From assembly GCA_016208765.1 (NCBI GenBank), contig JACQXK010000021.1:8053-72052 (forward strand): a stretch of 64,000 bases of DNA. Reading direction: 5' to 3'. The notes under the pieces are model-generated. The model searched no databases and had not been told where the DNA came from. It saw only the letters and a program-made list of their open reading frames with translations. Positions within the stretch are counted from its first letter, which is position 1. The number at the start of each line of letters is the position of its first letter. Shown in pieces: positions 1-9,814 of the stretch. This DNA is from Candidatus Omnitrophota bacterium. Lineage in GTDB: Bacteria > Omnitrophota > Gorgyraeia > Gygaellales > Profunditerraquicolaceae. Both the position numbers and the translations under genes were made by a program.

Positions 1-1382
1 ATCCCTGCCACGAATATTGCGTTAATGTTATCACGCAAGTCAAATATACGCAGCCCTAAATATTCCGGCCTCAGCAGCACAGCAGTAATGCCGAATGACA
101 GAAATATTAAAAGCATGGTCAGATTCTCCAAACGGGTCATTATATAGGCAATGGGATTAAATAAACTCTCAGGCTCAAGATGGACAGCGGTAAGAAAAGC
201 CTGTATGTGGTCATAACCAAAATAAGTTTTCATACAAACATGCGTCATCAGCATGATAAGCAGAAGGATTGCCAGTGCAAGCAATACATTGAGCTTTCTA
301 TTGATAAAAAGTTCCCTCAGTGCAATGATCCCGGAAGCCGCAACCATAAAAAACCCCGTGAAAGTAAGTATATTCATCAGTAACAGTCCGCTTATAAAAA
401 ACAATACTCCAGAGAGGCCCCTTCTGTTTTTGACCATCATTATCACTCCCGATAGAAATAAAGTACAAAAACTTATGACCACTCCGTCCAGGCTGACAGC
501 GCTGTAGATGTTATAAGCAGGAACAACGGAAAAAAGCAGAGCAAACTGCGCGGATTGCTGCTTCGGCAAGTCAAGTCCTTTCATGATTTGATAGATCAGG
601 ATCATTGAAATACTGGACAGGAAGATAAAAGAGCCGGCAATAAACATAAGATTACCATGGAACAGCCTGATAAAAAAATAGTGAAGCAGAACAGCAAACG
701 GGGGATGAGTGCGCGTGTGCGACAGCAGGTGCGCCTGCTGTAAATTGAAGCTGCGAAGCCATTCGTGCCAATCTGTGATTTTAACCGCATCGTGGTAGTA
801 CTGCTGATAATGGGGCATGTTTAAATAGTAAAACGGAGCGCTGATGGGTTTGTAAAAAGCTTCTTCCACCCCGCCCTGCGCAAGGTTTCCGAGCAAAATT
901 AAACTGAGCCCGATTATCCATATTTGGAACACATTAAAATCCCCGCTATATTTAATTGACAGAAATAGGACTGCGAGAAACATAACTGAAAAAGGCAATC
1001 CGGCGATATGGATCCTTGGTCCGTCAAGTTCAGAAAAAGGGAACAGATCAGGCGTCCCGATACTCATGCCCATTTTTTTCATCAGATAATTCACAAAGGC
1101 CATTACCAGCCAGCCGATGATCAGCATGAGCACGGCGCCGGCAGGGCGCTTCAATAAATTCCTGGCACGTTCAGGAAAAATGAAAAACAAAGATCCAGCC
1201 GCTGTCAGTAAGCTGCCGAGAAGAAAAGCGAACAGACGCAACTGCTTAATGGCCTCATATCCTTCCGCCGTAACAATGCCGTCGGAAGACAGGTGTTTCA
1301 AAACGAAATCAGGCGAAAGAACTGTTGCGCCCAGAAGGCCTGCGATGCCGGCGGATGTGAGAAGAATTTTAAGAAAACGCAT
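1..1382 (-). CDS. Polytopic integral membrane protein of unknown function. The N-terminus is in the window and the C-terminus lies beyond the window start. Possibly a GT-C or polymerase-like protein.
   Basis: The minus-strand frame stays open for 460 codons, from ATG (plus 1380-1382) down to position 3. I checked it triplet by triplet and found no tta/cta/tca on the plus strand in that frame. An in-frame stop lies upstream at 1416-1418. The translation (MRFLKILLTSAGIAGLLGAT...HTRTHPPFAVLLHYFF...) is rich in hydrophobic helices. It is missing from the ORF track because its stop is outside the window. Confidence 0.55.
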   Translation of the reverse strand, partial: MRFLKILLTSAGIAGLLGATVLSPDFVLKHLSSDGIVTAEGYEAIKQLRLFAFLLGSLLTAAGSLFFIFPERARNLLKRPAGAVLMLIIGWLVMAFVNYLMKKMGMSIGTPDLFPFSELDGPRIHIAGLPFSVMFLAVLFLSIKYSGDFNVFQIWIIGLSLILLGNLAQGGVEEAFYKPISAPFYYLNMPHYQQYYHDAVKITDWHEWLRSFNLQQAHLLSHTRTHPPFAVLLHYFFIRLFHGNLMFIAGSFIFLSSISMILIYQIMKGLDLPKQQSAQFALLFSVVPAYNIYSAVSLDGVVISFCTLFLSGVIMMVKNRRGLSGVLFFISGLLLMNILTFTGFFMVAASGIIALRELFINRKLNVLLALAILLLIMLMTHVCMKTYFGYDHIQAFLTAVHLEPESLFNPIAYIMTRLENLTMLLIFLSFGITAVLLRPEYLGLRIFDLRDNINAIFVAG

Positions 1383-1392
1383 ATATATTTGT

Positions 1393-3045
1393 CTACTTAT
1401 ACTTATCAGTGATGACTAACAGGTCCTCATTGACAGGAAGCGGTTTGGCATTATATTTAGTCACAAGGGCCTTTGTAACAGGGTGATTTTTATCCGCAAC
1501 GATAAATATGCCTGCCCTGTGCCATTCTTCTCTCATAAAAAATTGATACTTATTGCAAATGGCAGGATTTTCCTTGCAAAAGGAAATAAACTTTTCATTA
1601 ATATTGCAGGCATTGAACACAAAAACGTCAAAAGGCGCAGAAAAAGAATACTTGTAATCCGTTCTTCCGCATACCCCGCCTTCTGAAGGAGCGCAAAAAT
1701 CCTCTCCGTACTTTGCGTTGTGAATGTCTGTCAGTCCAAAAAGGTCTCTGACATAGACACTCGGGCCTGCGTAGTAGGGCAACATGCCGGCCACATCAGT
1801 AAGCAAAACTGCCGGAACATGTAATTCATTTAAAAAAGTCCCTATCTGCCGCGTGTGAAAAGAGAGAGGTTTTACCCCGCGCTTCTTTAATATTTCAACA
1901 GGCTTCAAGAAAAAGCCTGTTGATAAAACCAATATCAACACCGTTGCCGTGTATACAAGCGCTTTGACTTTTACTTCTTTATCACGAACTCTGTAAATAA
2001 AGGAATCAATGCCCCATCCAACCAGTATAAGCATTAGTGGAAGTACAGGGATCAATTGCCTGTGAAACCGGAAGAAGTCCCCTCCGCCCAATAATAGAAC
2101 AAATGCATTAACGGCTATGCCCGATGCGATCAGCCACAATAAGAAATCATTCTTGTCTCTATTCCTGAAAAGCAATATGAAAGGTATCAACACTCCTGTA
2201 TAAAGCAAAGGGGCTTCATATTTTATGCCTTCGGATATAATCCATATCAATCCCTTCACCGCCTGAAGATCGCCATTAATAATTTTTTTAAGGGAATAGG
2301 ATGCGTACCCCTTTGCCATGACCGTTGCCGGGACCCATTCCTTATAAAAGCTGTGCCTTGCCAGAAATATCATGACGGTCAAAGCAATGAATACGGATAT
2401 CGTCATAATTAATTTTTTAGGAATGTATTTATATTCCAGAAACACAAACCAGGTTAATACGGAAAGCATAAAAAGCGCGTAGAGCGGTCCTTCAGCCCTC
2501 ACGATATTTAAGAGCAACAGGGAAGGCAATACAGTCAAATAATTACCCGATGCCCTGCTCTTATAGAGACTGATTATGCAATACAATAATGCCAAGGAAG
2601 ACAATAACATGTCCGTCCATCCTGAGGCGCCGTAATGATAAACTCCGTAAGAAAGTGTGTATAACATCAAAATGACAATCGTCATAACACGAGGGCGGGA
2701 GAACCGGATAAGGGTGCAAATATAGCTCATGAGCAAAATACACCCTATTCCAATGAACAGATTCAAGACAGGGGAAAACGTAACAAGATTAAAAGACAAA
2801 AAAGATGCGGCGGCATAAATAGCTACCGACAAAAAACTCGAATACCCTTCAACATATTCACCGATGTTGAATACCGGCCCATGTCCGGCTGCCCAGTTCT
2901 CGGCATAGCGGTAGGCTATATAAGGATCGTCAACAAAAGGGGTTCCCTGAATGAAGAAGATGAATAAATAGATTGCGGTAAATAATAAAACTGCCGGAAG
3001 CGCATCCCGGAAAAATACTTCAACTTTATTCTTATTTCTTGACAT
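1393..3045 (-). CDS. Putative GT-C fold membrane glycosyltransferase of the DDxY family. It has an N-terminal multi-TM domain and a C-terminal soluble domain.
   Basis: 550 aa. The first loop motif VDDPYIAYRYAENWAAGHGPVFNIGEYVEGYSS is shared with ORF 18959..20836 (DDAYILLRYIDN...GLVYNKGEYVDGLSS). There are about ten hydrophobic segments. An acidic DD motif in the first periplasmic loop is typical of ArnT, PMT and other GT-C enzymes. Confidence 0.55.
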   Translation of the reverse strand: MSRNKNKVEVFFRDALPAVLLFTAIYLFIFFIQGTPFVDDPYIAYRYAENWAAGHGPVFNIGEYVEGYSSFLSVAIYAAASFLSFNLVTFSPVLNLFIGIGCILLMSYICTLIRFSRPRVMTIVILMLYTLSYGVYHYGASGWTDMLLSSLALLYCIISLYKSRASGNYLTVLPSLLLLNIVRAEGPLYALFMLSVLTWFVFLEYKYIPKKLIMTISVFIALTVMIFLARHSFYKEWVPATVMAKGYASYSLKKIINGDLQAVKGLIWIISEGIKYEAPLLYTGVLIPFILLFRNRDKNDFLLWLIASGIAVNAFVLLLGGGDFFRFHRQLIPVLPLMLILVGWGIDSFIYRVRDKEVKVKALVYTATVLILVLSTGFFLKPVEILKKRGVKPLSFHTRQIGTFLNELHVPAVLLTDVAGMLPYYAGPSVYVRDLFGLTDIHNAKYGEDFCAPSEGGVCGRTDYKYSFSAPFDVFVFNACNINEKFISFCKENPAICNKYQFFMREEWHRAGIFIVADKNHPVTKALVTKYNAKPLPVNEDLLVITDKYK

Positions 3046-3120
3046 TTGCCCTTCGAATAAAATTAATCATCGCATTATTAGTCATAATTTGTATTTCAAA
3101 CCTATCATAATCATATGTCC

Positions 3121-4167
3121 TTACATTGTTTTTTTCTTAAGCCAAGAATATACAGGTGCTTCAATAAAGCAGTAAAATAAAACTCCGGCAAGCACGGCCA
3201 TCGTCGTCATAATAAAGTATATTAATGTATTCGAATTAATAATTTTCAGGTAATCAATAAAAGCACCTGTGAAAGGTATTCCAACTCCATGTATGAGATA
3301 AATAGAATATGAGGCAGTCCCAAGAAACAATATAAATTGATTTTTCTTAAATAGTGATTCAACCATGTTATCCATGGAACCTAAGACAATTAGAAATGAA
3401 GCAAATCCTGCCAATAGAACCCTTGAGTGAAAAAAAGGCAGGAATTCTTTGAGGAAACCCAATAATGCCGACAAAAATATCAGGTTACCAGTTAAAAAAA
3501 ACCATATCCCCCTTTTCTTAATTAATCCTTCGAATTTTAGAGCTAAAAAACATGCAATCATTCCAAAGCCAAAAAGCAAATTATTGCATGAGAAAAGAAA
3601 GCCGAATTCATTATATATATCTTGTGAAGGAATATTAAGTGTCAGTATTATAACTTGCCAAATAATAAATACAATGCTCCCAACCTTTTTCGAAAGTATT
3701 AACAAACCAAAGAACAAATAAAAAATGATTTCATGAACAAGAGTCCATGCTATAGTTATAGGAGGTTCTCCACCGATCAACAACAGGCCAGATATTAATG
3801 GCAGAAATTCTATTTTGAGACTATTGTAATTGTCGAACATAAATAACTTAAATGAATGTACAAGAACTGCAAGCCAATACACTGGATAAATTCTCATAAA
3901 TCTCTTTTTAATAAATATACTAATTTTCTTTGACACTCCTATATCATTTTTGTGATTATAATAAACGATAAAACCACTTAGAACGAAAAAAAATTGGACA
4001 GCAAAATTTCCAAATTCAAACAGCAAAGTTAACCTATTTGTATAAAAATGGTCATCCATGTACATATTTGCATGGAAAAATACGATTAATAAAGCAGCGA
4101 AGGCCCGATAAACATGTAGGGAGTAAATCATCTTGACCGTTAATTTCCTATGAGTTTGTCCAAGCAA
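3121..4167 (-). CDS. Acyltransferase family 3 (OafA/YrhL-like) membrane O-acyltransferase.
   Basis: The motifs YRAFAALLIVFFH and FFFVLSGF are present, and the protein is multi-TM across 348 aa. The real start may be the internal Met (MIYSLHVYRAF...) near 4131. Confidence 0.75.
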   Translation of the reverse strand: MLGQTHRKLTVKMIYSLHVYRAFAALLIVFFHANMYMDDHFYTNRLTLLFEFGNFAVQFFFVLSGFIVYYNHKNDIGVSKKISIFIKKRFMRIYPVYWLAVLVHSFKLFMFDNYNSLKIEFLPLISGLLLIGGEPPITIAWTLVHEIIFYLFFGLLILSKKVGSIVFIIWQVIILTLNIPSQDIYNEFGFLFSCNNLLFGFGMIACFLALKFEGLIKKRGIWFFLTGNLIFLSALLGFLKEFLPFFHSRVLLAGFASFLIVLGSMDNMVESLFKKNQFILFLGTASYSIYLIHGVGIPFTGAFIDYLKIINSNTLIYFIMTTMAVLAGVLFYCFIEAPVYSWLKKKTM

Positions 4168-4357
4168 AAACTATTTTCGAAATTTCCTGTGATATTTTTT
4201 CATACTGTTTTATGATTATTGAAAAAAAACCTCCGAACTTGATGAACCCTCTTTACCGAAGAAAACAACGCAAGCATTAACGCATAAAATACTTCCCTGT
4301 ATTTTAAACCTTTCAATTTTCAACCTTCGAATCAGACATTGTAGCAACCAATGAGTT

Positions 4358-4423
4358 CCTGAATGAAGAAGATGAATAAATAGATTGCGGTAAATAATAA
4401 AACTGCCGGAAACGCATCCCGGA
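4358..4423. repeat. 66-bp near-identical copy (one mismatch) of 2946..3011, the 5' coding end of gene 1393..3045. Degenerate homology extends to about 4330..4460. I read it as a pseudogene remnant of a paralogous N-terminus.
   Basis: I aligned the sequences directly: cctgaatgaagaagatgaataaatagattgcggtaaataataaaactgccggaa[g/a]cgcatcccgga. Weaker similarity continues on both flanks. Confidence 0.8.
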
Positions 4424-4616
4424 TGAAGTCAATGTTTACTTTCCTGGTCTTTAACATTATAAGATTGTTACTGTCTTTTAGTATAAATATTTTGATAGTC
4501 TTTTGGAAAGATTTAACTTTGAATAAAGATCAAGACTTGATTTTTGATGGGAAAGAAAATGCCAGCTTTCAATTTTCATTGAAATCGTGATTGTTAAACA
4601 CTCCCTATTCATTAAA

Positions 4617-6389
4617 CTACCGAATACCGTTTATTTTTGCTTCATTATTTTCCATTAATTGTATTTCAAAATCCAGATAGTCCATGGTAGTTATTGTTGC
4701 TGGGACTGTGTTAAGAAATATTGCCTTCACCTTATTAGCTGGATGAATTAAATCTAACCATGTCTTAATAATATCTTCAGAGAGACACAATTTATTGGGA
4801 ACATCTACATATATCGTAGTAGTGTTATTGGGTAAGGAATAAACAATTTCAGAAAATTTTTTAAAAAAAATGAATTCGGATTTTGTTTCTGGTCGCCATC
4901 CTTTGATTTTTGTAAAAGGAGAATTAAAAAAAAGAAGTAACATCAAAATACCCATAACTAATGGAATAGCTATAGGCTTGAATAAAAATAAACGGGAAGA
5001 ACAAGCCTCTTTGATAGATTGAAAGCTTTCAAAAAGAATAAACGAGAGAAGAATACTGAAGGGTATTACAGAAAAATACATGTGCCAATTGGCTAAATAC
5101 AGCGTTAATAAATAAAGACTTAAAAGCAGTGACAACCAGATAATAAGAAAAACTATCAATTTGTTCTTATATGAGAGCGGGAAAAATATCCTTTTTTGTT
5201 CATAACTACCTACACATATTAAGCAAATGAAAAAAAAGTATAGAAAAAAATAGAATCTATTTAAAAAACTTCCCCTTTCATCATTTAAATAATTTATCCA
5301 CGATGTAATATTTTTGCCTTCAAAAAGCTGATGAGCTATGCCCAAATAGTTATTTTCTGTTAGCCGCGCTATTAATTGTTCTACAATAAGATAAACAGGA
5401 ATGCTGATTGTAGATAATATAAGCCCAATTATTAGCAGCTTCCCTACTAATTTCAATTTCCCCTGATGTAATTTACTGTAAAGCATTAAAGAAATAATGA
5501 GTGGAGGTAGAATCGTTACAAAAAGCCCTAAAGTAGATGTATTTAAATTTATTAGGTTACCGGGAGTTAGTAAGTAATAGAAATATTCAAAAATAATACT
5601 TCGGAAACCTCTTACTAATGGCTCGTGATATCCACCAAGTAAGCTTTTTAGAATATATAACCGCCAGATAAACAATATGAAAGTTACAATAAAATATGGG
5701 GCAACCTTTTTGATAGCCTGAACTGTCCTGAACTTTGGAGATGCTTCCTCTGAAAATATTATTAGATATGCGAAAACTAATACAGGAAATATAATTGCGG
5801 TCTCTTTTGACCAAAATGCAAGGATATATAAAAATATGGAGGAAAGTAAAAAAAATCTTCTATAAGATGCTACAGAAAGATGCTTCAAAAATAACAATAA
5901 AGAAAGTATTGAAAATAACGGTGACATAAGATCAGCTCTCATACCAACAGCAGTAACGCTATACATATTAACAGGGTGAGTTGTAAAGATAACTGCACTG
6001 ATCCACGCTATGAACTGTTTACCACCTGTAAGCAGCCTCGCTAAGAAGAAAACGGAGATTGAAACTAAAATATGGATGAGCAGATTTGTCAGATGGTAAC
6101 CAAAAGGATTTAGTTTCCATATAGAGTAATCTATTGAAAAAGACAATATCATCACTGGGCGATATAGAAGATGGTAAATCCCTGTTGTCTCAAGAAACCT
6201 TTCAGTGAAAATACGGGAAATATCTCCAAGGTCATGAACTCTGCCTTGATGAATACATTGCAAATCATCACCCCTAAAAAAATATTGAAGCATGTCTTTA
6301 AAGCTAAAAAAGGCAATGAGGCTTATCGATAAAAGCGCAAAGACTGTAAAAAATTGTTGGCTGGTGCAGGCCTTGTGTCCCCTCTTCAA
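4617..6389 (-). CDS. GT-C membrane glycosyltransferase, PMT_2/TMTC-like (DUF1736-type), paralog 1.
   Basis: 590 aa. The motif WKLNPFGYHLTNLLIHILVSISVFF matches the NPxGYHLxNxxLH signature of ArnT/PMT-superfamily TMTC-like O-mannosyltransferase homologs. The protein is polytopic with a C-terminal soluble domain. Confidence 0.7.
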   Translation of the reverse strand: MKRGHKACTSQQFFTVFALLSISLIAFFSFKDMLQYFFRGDDLQCIHQGRVHDLGDISRIFTERFLETTGIYHLLYRPVMILSFSIDYSIWKLNPFGYHLTNLLIHILVSISVFFLARLLTGGKQFIAWISAVIFTTHPVNMYSVTAVGMRADLMSPLFSILSLLLFLKHLSVASYRRFFLLSSIFLYILAFWSKETAIIFPVLVFAYLIIFSEEASPKFRTVQAIKKVAPYFIVTFILFIWRLYILKSLLGGYHEPLVRGFRSIIFEYFYYLLTPGNLINLNTSTLGLFVTILPPLIISLMLYSKLHQGKLKLVGKLLIIGLILSTISIPVYLIVEQLIARLTENNYLGIAHQLFEGKNITSWINYLNDERGSFLNRFYFFLYFFFICLICVGSYEQKRIFFPLSYKNKLIVFLIIWLSLLLSLYLLTLYLANWHMYFSVIPFSILLSFILFESFQSIKEACSSRLFLFKPIAIPLVMGILMLLLFFNSPFTKIKGWRPETKSEFIFFKKFSEIVYSLPNNTTTIYVDVPNKLCLSEDIIKTWLDLIHPANKVKAIFLNTVPATITTMDYLDFEIQLMENNEAKINGIR

Positions 6390-6514
6390 GAATATCCCTC
6401 CAGAAATGTCTTGTTTTATTAGTCTAAGTTTTCATATTTTATAAATTATGTTATATTAATGCAACGTTTTTTTAGCGTAAACAACAAGCAGTTACCTGTC
6501 TTAACAAAATAATT

Positions 6515-7255
6515 GTGATCCAGGAAAAAAAGAAACTATCCATAGTCTCCCCGCTTGCAAACGAATCAGAGACCTTAGAGTCCTTTTATAAGGAAATAAT
6601 CAAACATATCTCCCCGTTTGAAGACAGAATACAGATTAAGATATTTTTTGTTGTAGACAACGCAAGCAAAGATAATACCCGCAAGATCGTGGAGTCTCTT
6701 CAAAAACAGGACAGCCGGGTTCAGCTTGTGTGGGCGCCACAGAACAGATGTGTAGTGGACGCATACCTTGCCGGTTTTAAAGCCGCCATTGAAGATACCA
6801 CTGACTATATTTTGGAAATGGACGGAGGCGGCACTCATTTACCAGGTGAGATACCTCATTTCATTAACAAACTATTTGAGGGATACGATTGTGTCTTCGG
6901 CAGCAGGTTTACAAAAGACGCTGAAATGGACGCAAGTTTAAGGCGGCATTTTTTCAGCAGAGGGGGCACTATTGTTGCAAGAATTCTGCTTGGCATGAAG
7001 ATGTCGGACGCAACATCAGGTTTTGAAGCTTTTAAAAAAGATATTCTAAAAGCTATCATCTCAAAAAAACTTGTCTCTATCGGGCATTTCTACCAGACGG
7101 AAATCCGGTTCAGGGCCAAAGATTTCAACTATGCCGAAGTCCCGATCCATTACAGCAATCCCGTCAATAAAATTCCTTCAAAATATATACGCAATGCTTT
7201 TTACGGGCTGTTAGTCTGCTTCTTCGAAAGGGTCAGGGGTGTTAAGTATGGGTAA
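6515..7255 (+). CDS. GT2 family glycosyltransferase, Dpm1/GtrB-like soluble polyprenol-phosphate sugar synthase.
   Basis: GTG start. The protein has a VVDNASKDNT-type nucleotide-sugar binding region, an EMDGGGTH DxD-like segment and GSRF. No C-terminal TM helix. Confidence 0.75.
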   Translation: MIQEKKKLSIVSPLANESETLESFYKEIIKHISPFEDRIQIKIFFVVDNASKDNTRKIVESLQKQDSRVQLVWAPQNRCVVDAYLAGFKAAIEDTTDYILEMDGGGTHLPGEIPHFINKLFEGYDCVFGSRFTKDAEMDASLRRHFFSRGGTIVARILLGMKMSDATSGFEAFKKDILKAIISKKLVSIGHFYQTEIRFRAKDFNYAEVPIHYSNPVNKIPSKYIRNAFYGLLVCFFERVRGVKYG

Positions 7256-8243
7256 ACAAGCTGTTGTAATAACAACAATTCAGAAGCCTACAAAGGCTAT
7301 TTTAAAAATCGGCAGGCAATTAGGCAAGACATTTGATATTGTAATCGTGGGCGACAAGAAATCACCTCCGGATTTTTCAGCCAGGAACGTAAGCTTCTAC
7401 GGCGTTGAACAACAAGTCAATGTCGGTTCCAGGCTTGCAAAACTTCTTCCATATAATCATTACGGAAGAAAAAATATCGGCTATATTATTGCGATACGAA
7501 ATGGCGCTGAACTGATTTTAGAAACAGATGATGATAATATCCCGTATCAGGATTTCGGGACTAATCTTAATCTTGAAGTTAAAGGGGAATTAATCGCGGC
7601 TAAAGGATGGTTTAATGTTTATAACGAATTTACAGCGGAATATATCTGGCCGCGGGGATTTCCGCTGGAGAAAATAAATCAGAAGGCAAGGACCAGTAAG
7701 GCCAATCGAATAACGAACTGTCATATACAGCAATTTTTGGCAGATAAAAATCCGGATGTTGACGCTGTATACCGGTTAACAAAACCTTACAAAGACATAA
7801 TTTTCAAGAAGCGCAAACCTGTCATATTGGGAAAAGGCACATGGTGCCCCTTCAACTCCCAGAATACCGTAACCTACAAAGAGGCCTTCCCTCTCCTGTA
7901 CCTGCCTTCATATGTCTCTTTTCGCATGACCGATATCTGGAGAAGTTTTATTGCGCAAGCCGTAATGTGGTCCATGGACTGGTTATTAAGTTTCCATTCA
8001 TCGACTGTTTATCAGGAGCGGAATATCCATAATCTGCTTAAGGACTTCGATCAGGAAATCCCCGGATACCTGAAAAACCAACTGATCATCGATATCCTGA
8101 ATACAGTTCACTTTTCAGGCTCTGTGGGAAACAGGCTGTATCAAGCCTATGAGTCCCTGTCTAAGGAAAGAATTGTTGAAAGGAAAGAGTTAAAGCTGGT
8201 GGAAGGCTGGTTGAAGGATTTGAAGAAAGCTCAAAGTTACTAA
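7248..8243 (+). CDS. Putative GT-A fold glycosyltransferase of the DUF288/STELLO-like type. Function uncertain.
   Basis: The ATG at 7248 overlaps the stop of the upstream GT2 (tATGggTAA), suggesting translational coupling. The N-terminal Rossmann-like strand is VVITTIQKPT and the acidic patch is ETDDDNIP. The ORF track starts it at 7239 (GTG). Confidence 0.4.
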   Translation: MGKQAVVITTIQKPTKAILKIGRQLGKTFDIVIVGDKKSPPDFSARNVSFYGVEQQVNVGSRLAKLLPYNHYGRKNIGYIIAIRNGAELILETDDDNIPYQDFGTNLNLEVKGELIAAKGWFNVYNEFTAEYIWPRGFPLEKINQKARTSKANRITNCHIQQFLADKNPDVDAVYRLTKPYKDIIFKKRKPVILGKGTWCPFNSQNTVTYKEAFPLLYLPSYVSFRMTDIWRSFIAQAVMWSMDWLLSFHSSTVYQERNIHNLLKDFDQEIPGYLKNQLIIDILNTVHFSGSVGNRLYQAYESLSKERIVERKELKLVEGWLKDLKKAQSY

Positions 8244-8264
8244 TTTTGCCGTAGCAAAGCTCTA

Positions 8265-9737
8265 TCATTGAGAGATTGTAATTCTGTCGTTCATTAACTT
8301 TATAACTAATTCCACTATCCCCTCATCTTTCTTATCTTTAATTTCAAACTTTATGTCCGAATTCACATTTAGAGGATAGTCCGTATCAATATTCCATATT
8401 GTGTAGTGCGGCACAAGTTTGACGCGATTATCAGGATAATAATAATTCAGGAATTTTTTATAATTACCGTTTTCAAAACAACTGCCATCAGTGATGGGAG
8501 TGGTTCCTTTCGGATAGACATTGACCGGCAGATTATAAATGTGAACAGTAGTCTCCGGTGGCAAGGCCGGAACTATTTCCATCAGCTTATTCAGAACTGT
8601 TTTGCATATCTTTCCGCAATTTTCCACCTCTCTATAATTTTTTATCAATGGAGAATATATAAAAAGATACGCTATAAGACCAAGTGTTATGGCAGACGCG
8701 GTAAAATTTTTAAGTGAAGATAACGGTGTTACCCGTATTTTATTAATAGCGGATTGCAGGTTTCTAACAAAAACAACAGATATTATCCCGCTAAAAGGAA
8801 TTGATGGGATATACGCCTGACGATTATCGATGAATCCAAGTGTGAATAGAAAAATCATAAGAGGCGCCAGCATCCAGATCAGCAATAAAGTTATTAATCT
8901 TCCATAAATTGAATCTGTAAAGGAACGCTTTATCTCCCCCCAGTAAAGCAAAGAAATTAAAACTAACAACGAGAGAATGTGTCGTATGTTTATATGTAAT
9001 CTCTCAACCGGATCAAGCAAGTAAGCAAAATAATTTCTGATGTTCTCAGATACAGATACCTGCAAGCTCTTGCCGTATCCGGCAATTCCATGCAATAGGT
9101 ATGTACGCCACGCAACGTAAAGAACAGCTATTAATAGAAATGGCAGGCATACTTTAACTGCCTTGAACAGCTTTTCTTTATAAGGTTGCCCATTTGAAAA
9201 AACTATCACATACGTGAAGATTATAAGAGGCGTTATGATCGCAGTCTCCTTTGAGCCTAACGCGGAGGCAAAAGAAAGAAGAGAGAGCATAAGACACCAT
9301 TTTTTTAAAGGCCCTGCCGAGGTATATACCAAGAACAAGAAGAATGACAGAAGCATAAAGAAGGCTGGAAGAATGTCCTGTCTGTATGGGATTACCTGTA
9401 CATCATTTGCAAGGATTGGGTGAGTAGTAAAGACAATAGCGCTGAGCCATGCTATAAATAAATTCCCTTTTGTCAAAGAAAACATGATCAAGAAGAAAAG
9501 CACGGAAACCAATACATGATAAATAAGATTGGTCAAATTATAGCCGAAAGGATTTAGCCCCCATATAATATAATCAATGCTGACAGACAAGGCAGTTATG
9601 GGCCTGTAAAATCCGGTGGCCCACGGCTCCATAAATATCTTCGCTATATCATGCAGTGATCCAATGCGCCAATAAAAGATCAGGTATGTAGTATCTATAT
9701 TGCTGAAAAAATAGTTAAGTATTTCCCTGTAAGTCAA
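8265..9737 (-). CDS. GT-C membrane glycosyltransferase, PMT_2/TMTC-like, paralog 2. Candidate ArnT-equivalent of the upstream aminosugar operon.
   Basis: 490 aa. The motif WGLNPFGYNLTNLIYHVLVSVLFF matches the family signature, and the protein is polytopic. Confidence 0.7.
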   Translation of the reverse strand: MTYREILNYFFSNIDTTYLIFYWRIGSLHDIAKIFMEPWATGFYRPITALSVSIDYIIWGLNPFGYNLTNLIYHVLVSVLFFLIMFSLTKGNLFIAWLSAIVFTTHPILANDVQVIPYRQDILPAFFMLLSFFLFLVYTSAGPLKKWCLMLSLLSFASALGSKETAIITPLIIFTYVIVFSNGQPYKEKLFKAVKVCLPFLLIAVLYVAWRTYLLHGIAGYGKSLQVSVSENIRNYFAYLLDPVERLHINIRHILSLLVLISLLYWGEIKRSFTDSIYGRLITLLLIWMLAPLMIFLFTLGFIDNRQAYIPSIPFSGIISVVFVRNLQSAINKIRVTPLSSLKNFTASAITLGLIAYLFIYSPLIKNYREVENCGKICKTVLNKLMEIVPALPPETTVHIYNLPVNVYPKGTTPITDGSCFENGNYKKFLNYYYPDNRVKLVPHYTIWNIDTDYPLNVNSDIKFEIKDKKDEGIVELVIKLMNDRITISQ

Positions 9738-9814
9738 AAAAGCGATAAGGATAATTGACAGGACTGCAATACCAGTGAAAGATGTATATGTTCTCTTTGG
9801 AATTGTCCGAGCCT

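Noticed and set aside
180-1419. ORF-track entries 180..383(+), 253..507(+), 602..790(-) and 1117..1419(+).
   Set aside because: All lie inside, or antisense to, a 460-codon uninterrupted minus-strand frame (1..1382) that encodes a plausible polytopic membrane protein. ORF 602..790(-) is in a different frame from that long ORF.
3121-4167. The possibility that the acyltransferase-3 gene is a phage-derived O-antigen acetylase marking a prophage.
   Set aside because: There are no flanking phage genes, integrase or att-like repeats. It is embedded in the glycan island.
8244-8264. An intrinsic terminator between the convergent genes 7248..8243(+) and 8265..9737(-).
   Set aside because: The gap is only 21 bp and contains no GC-rich inverted repeat followed by a T-tract.
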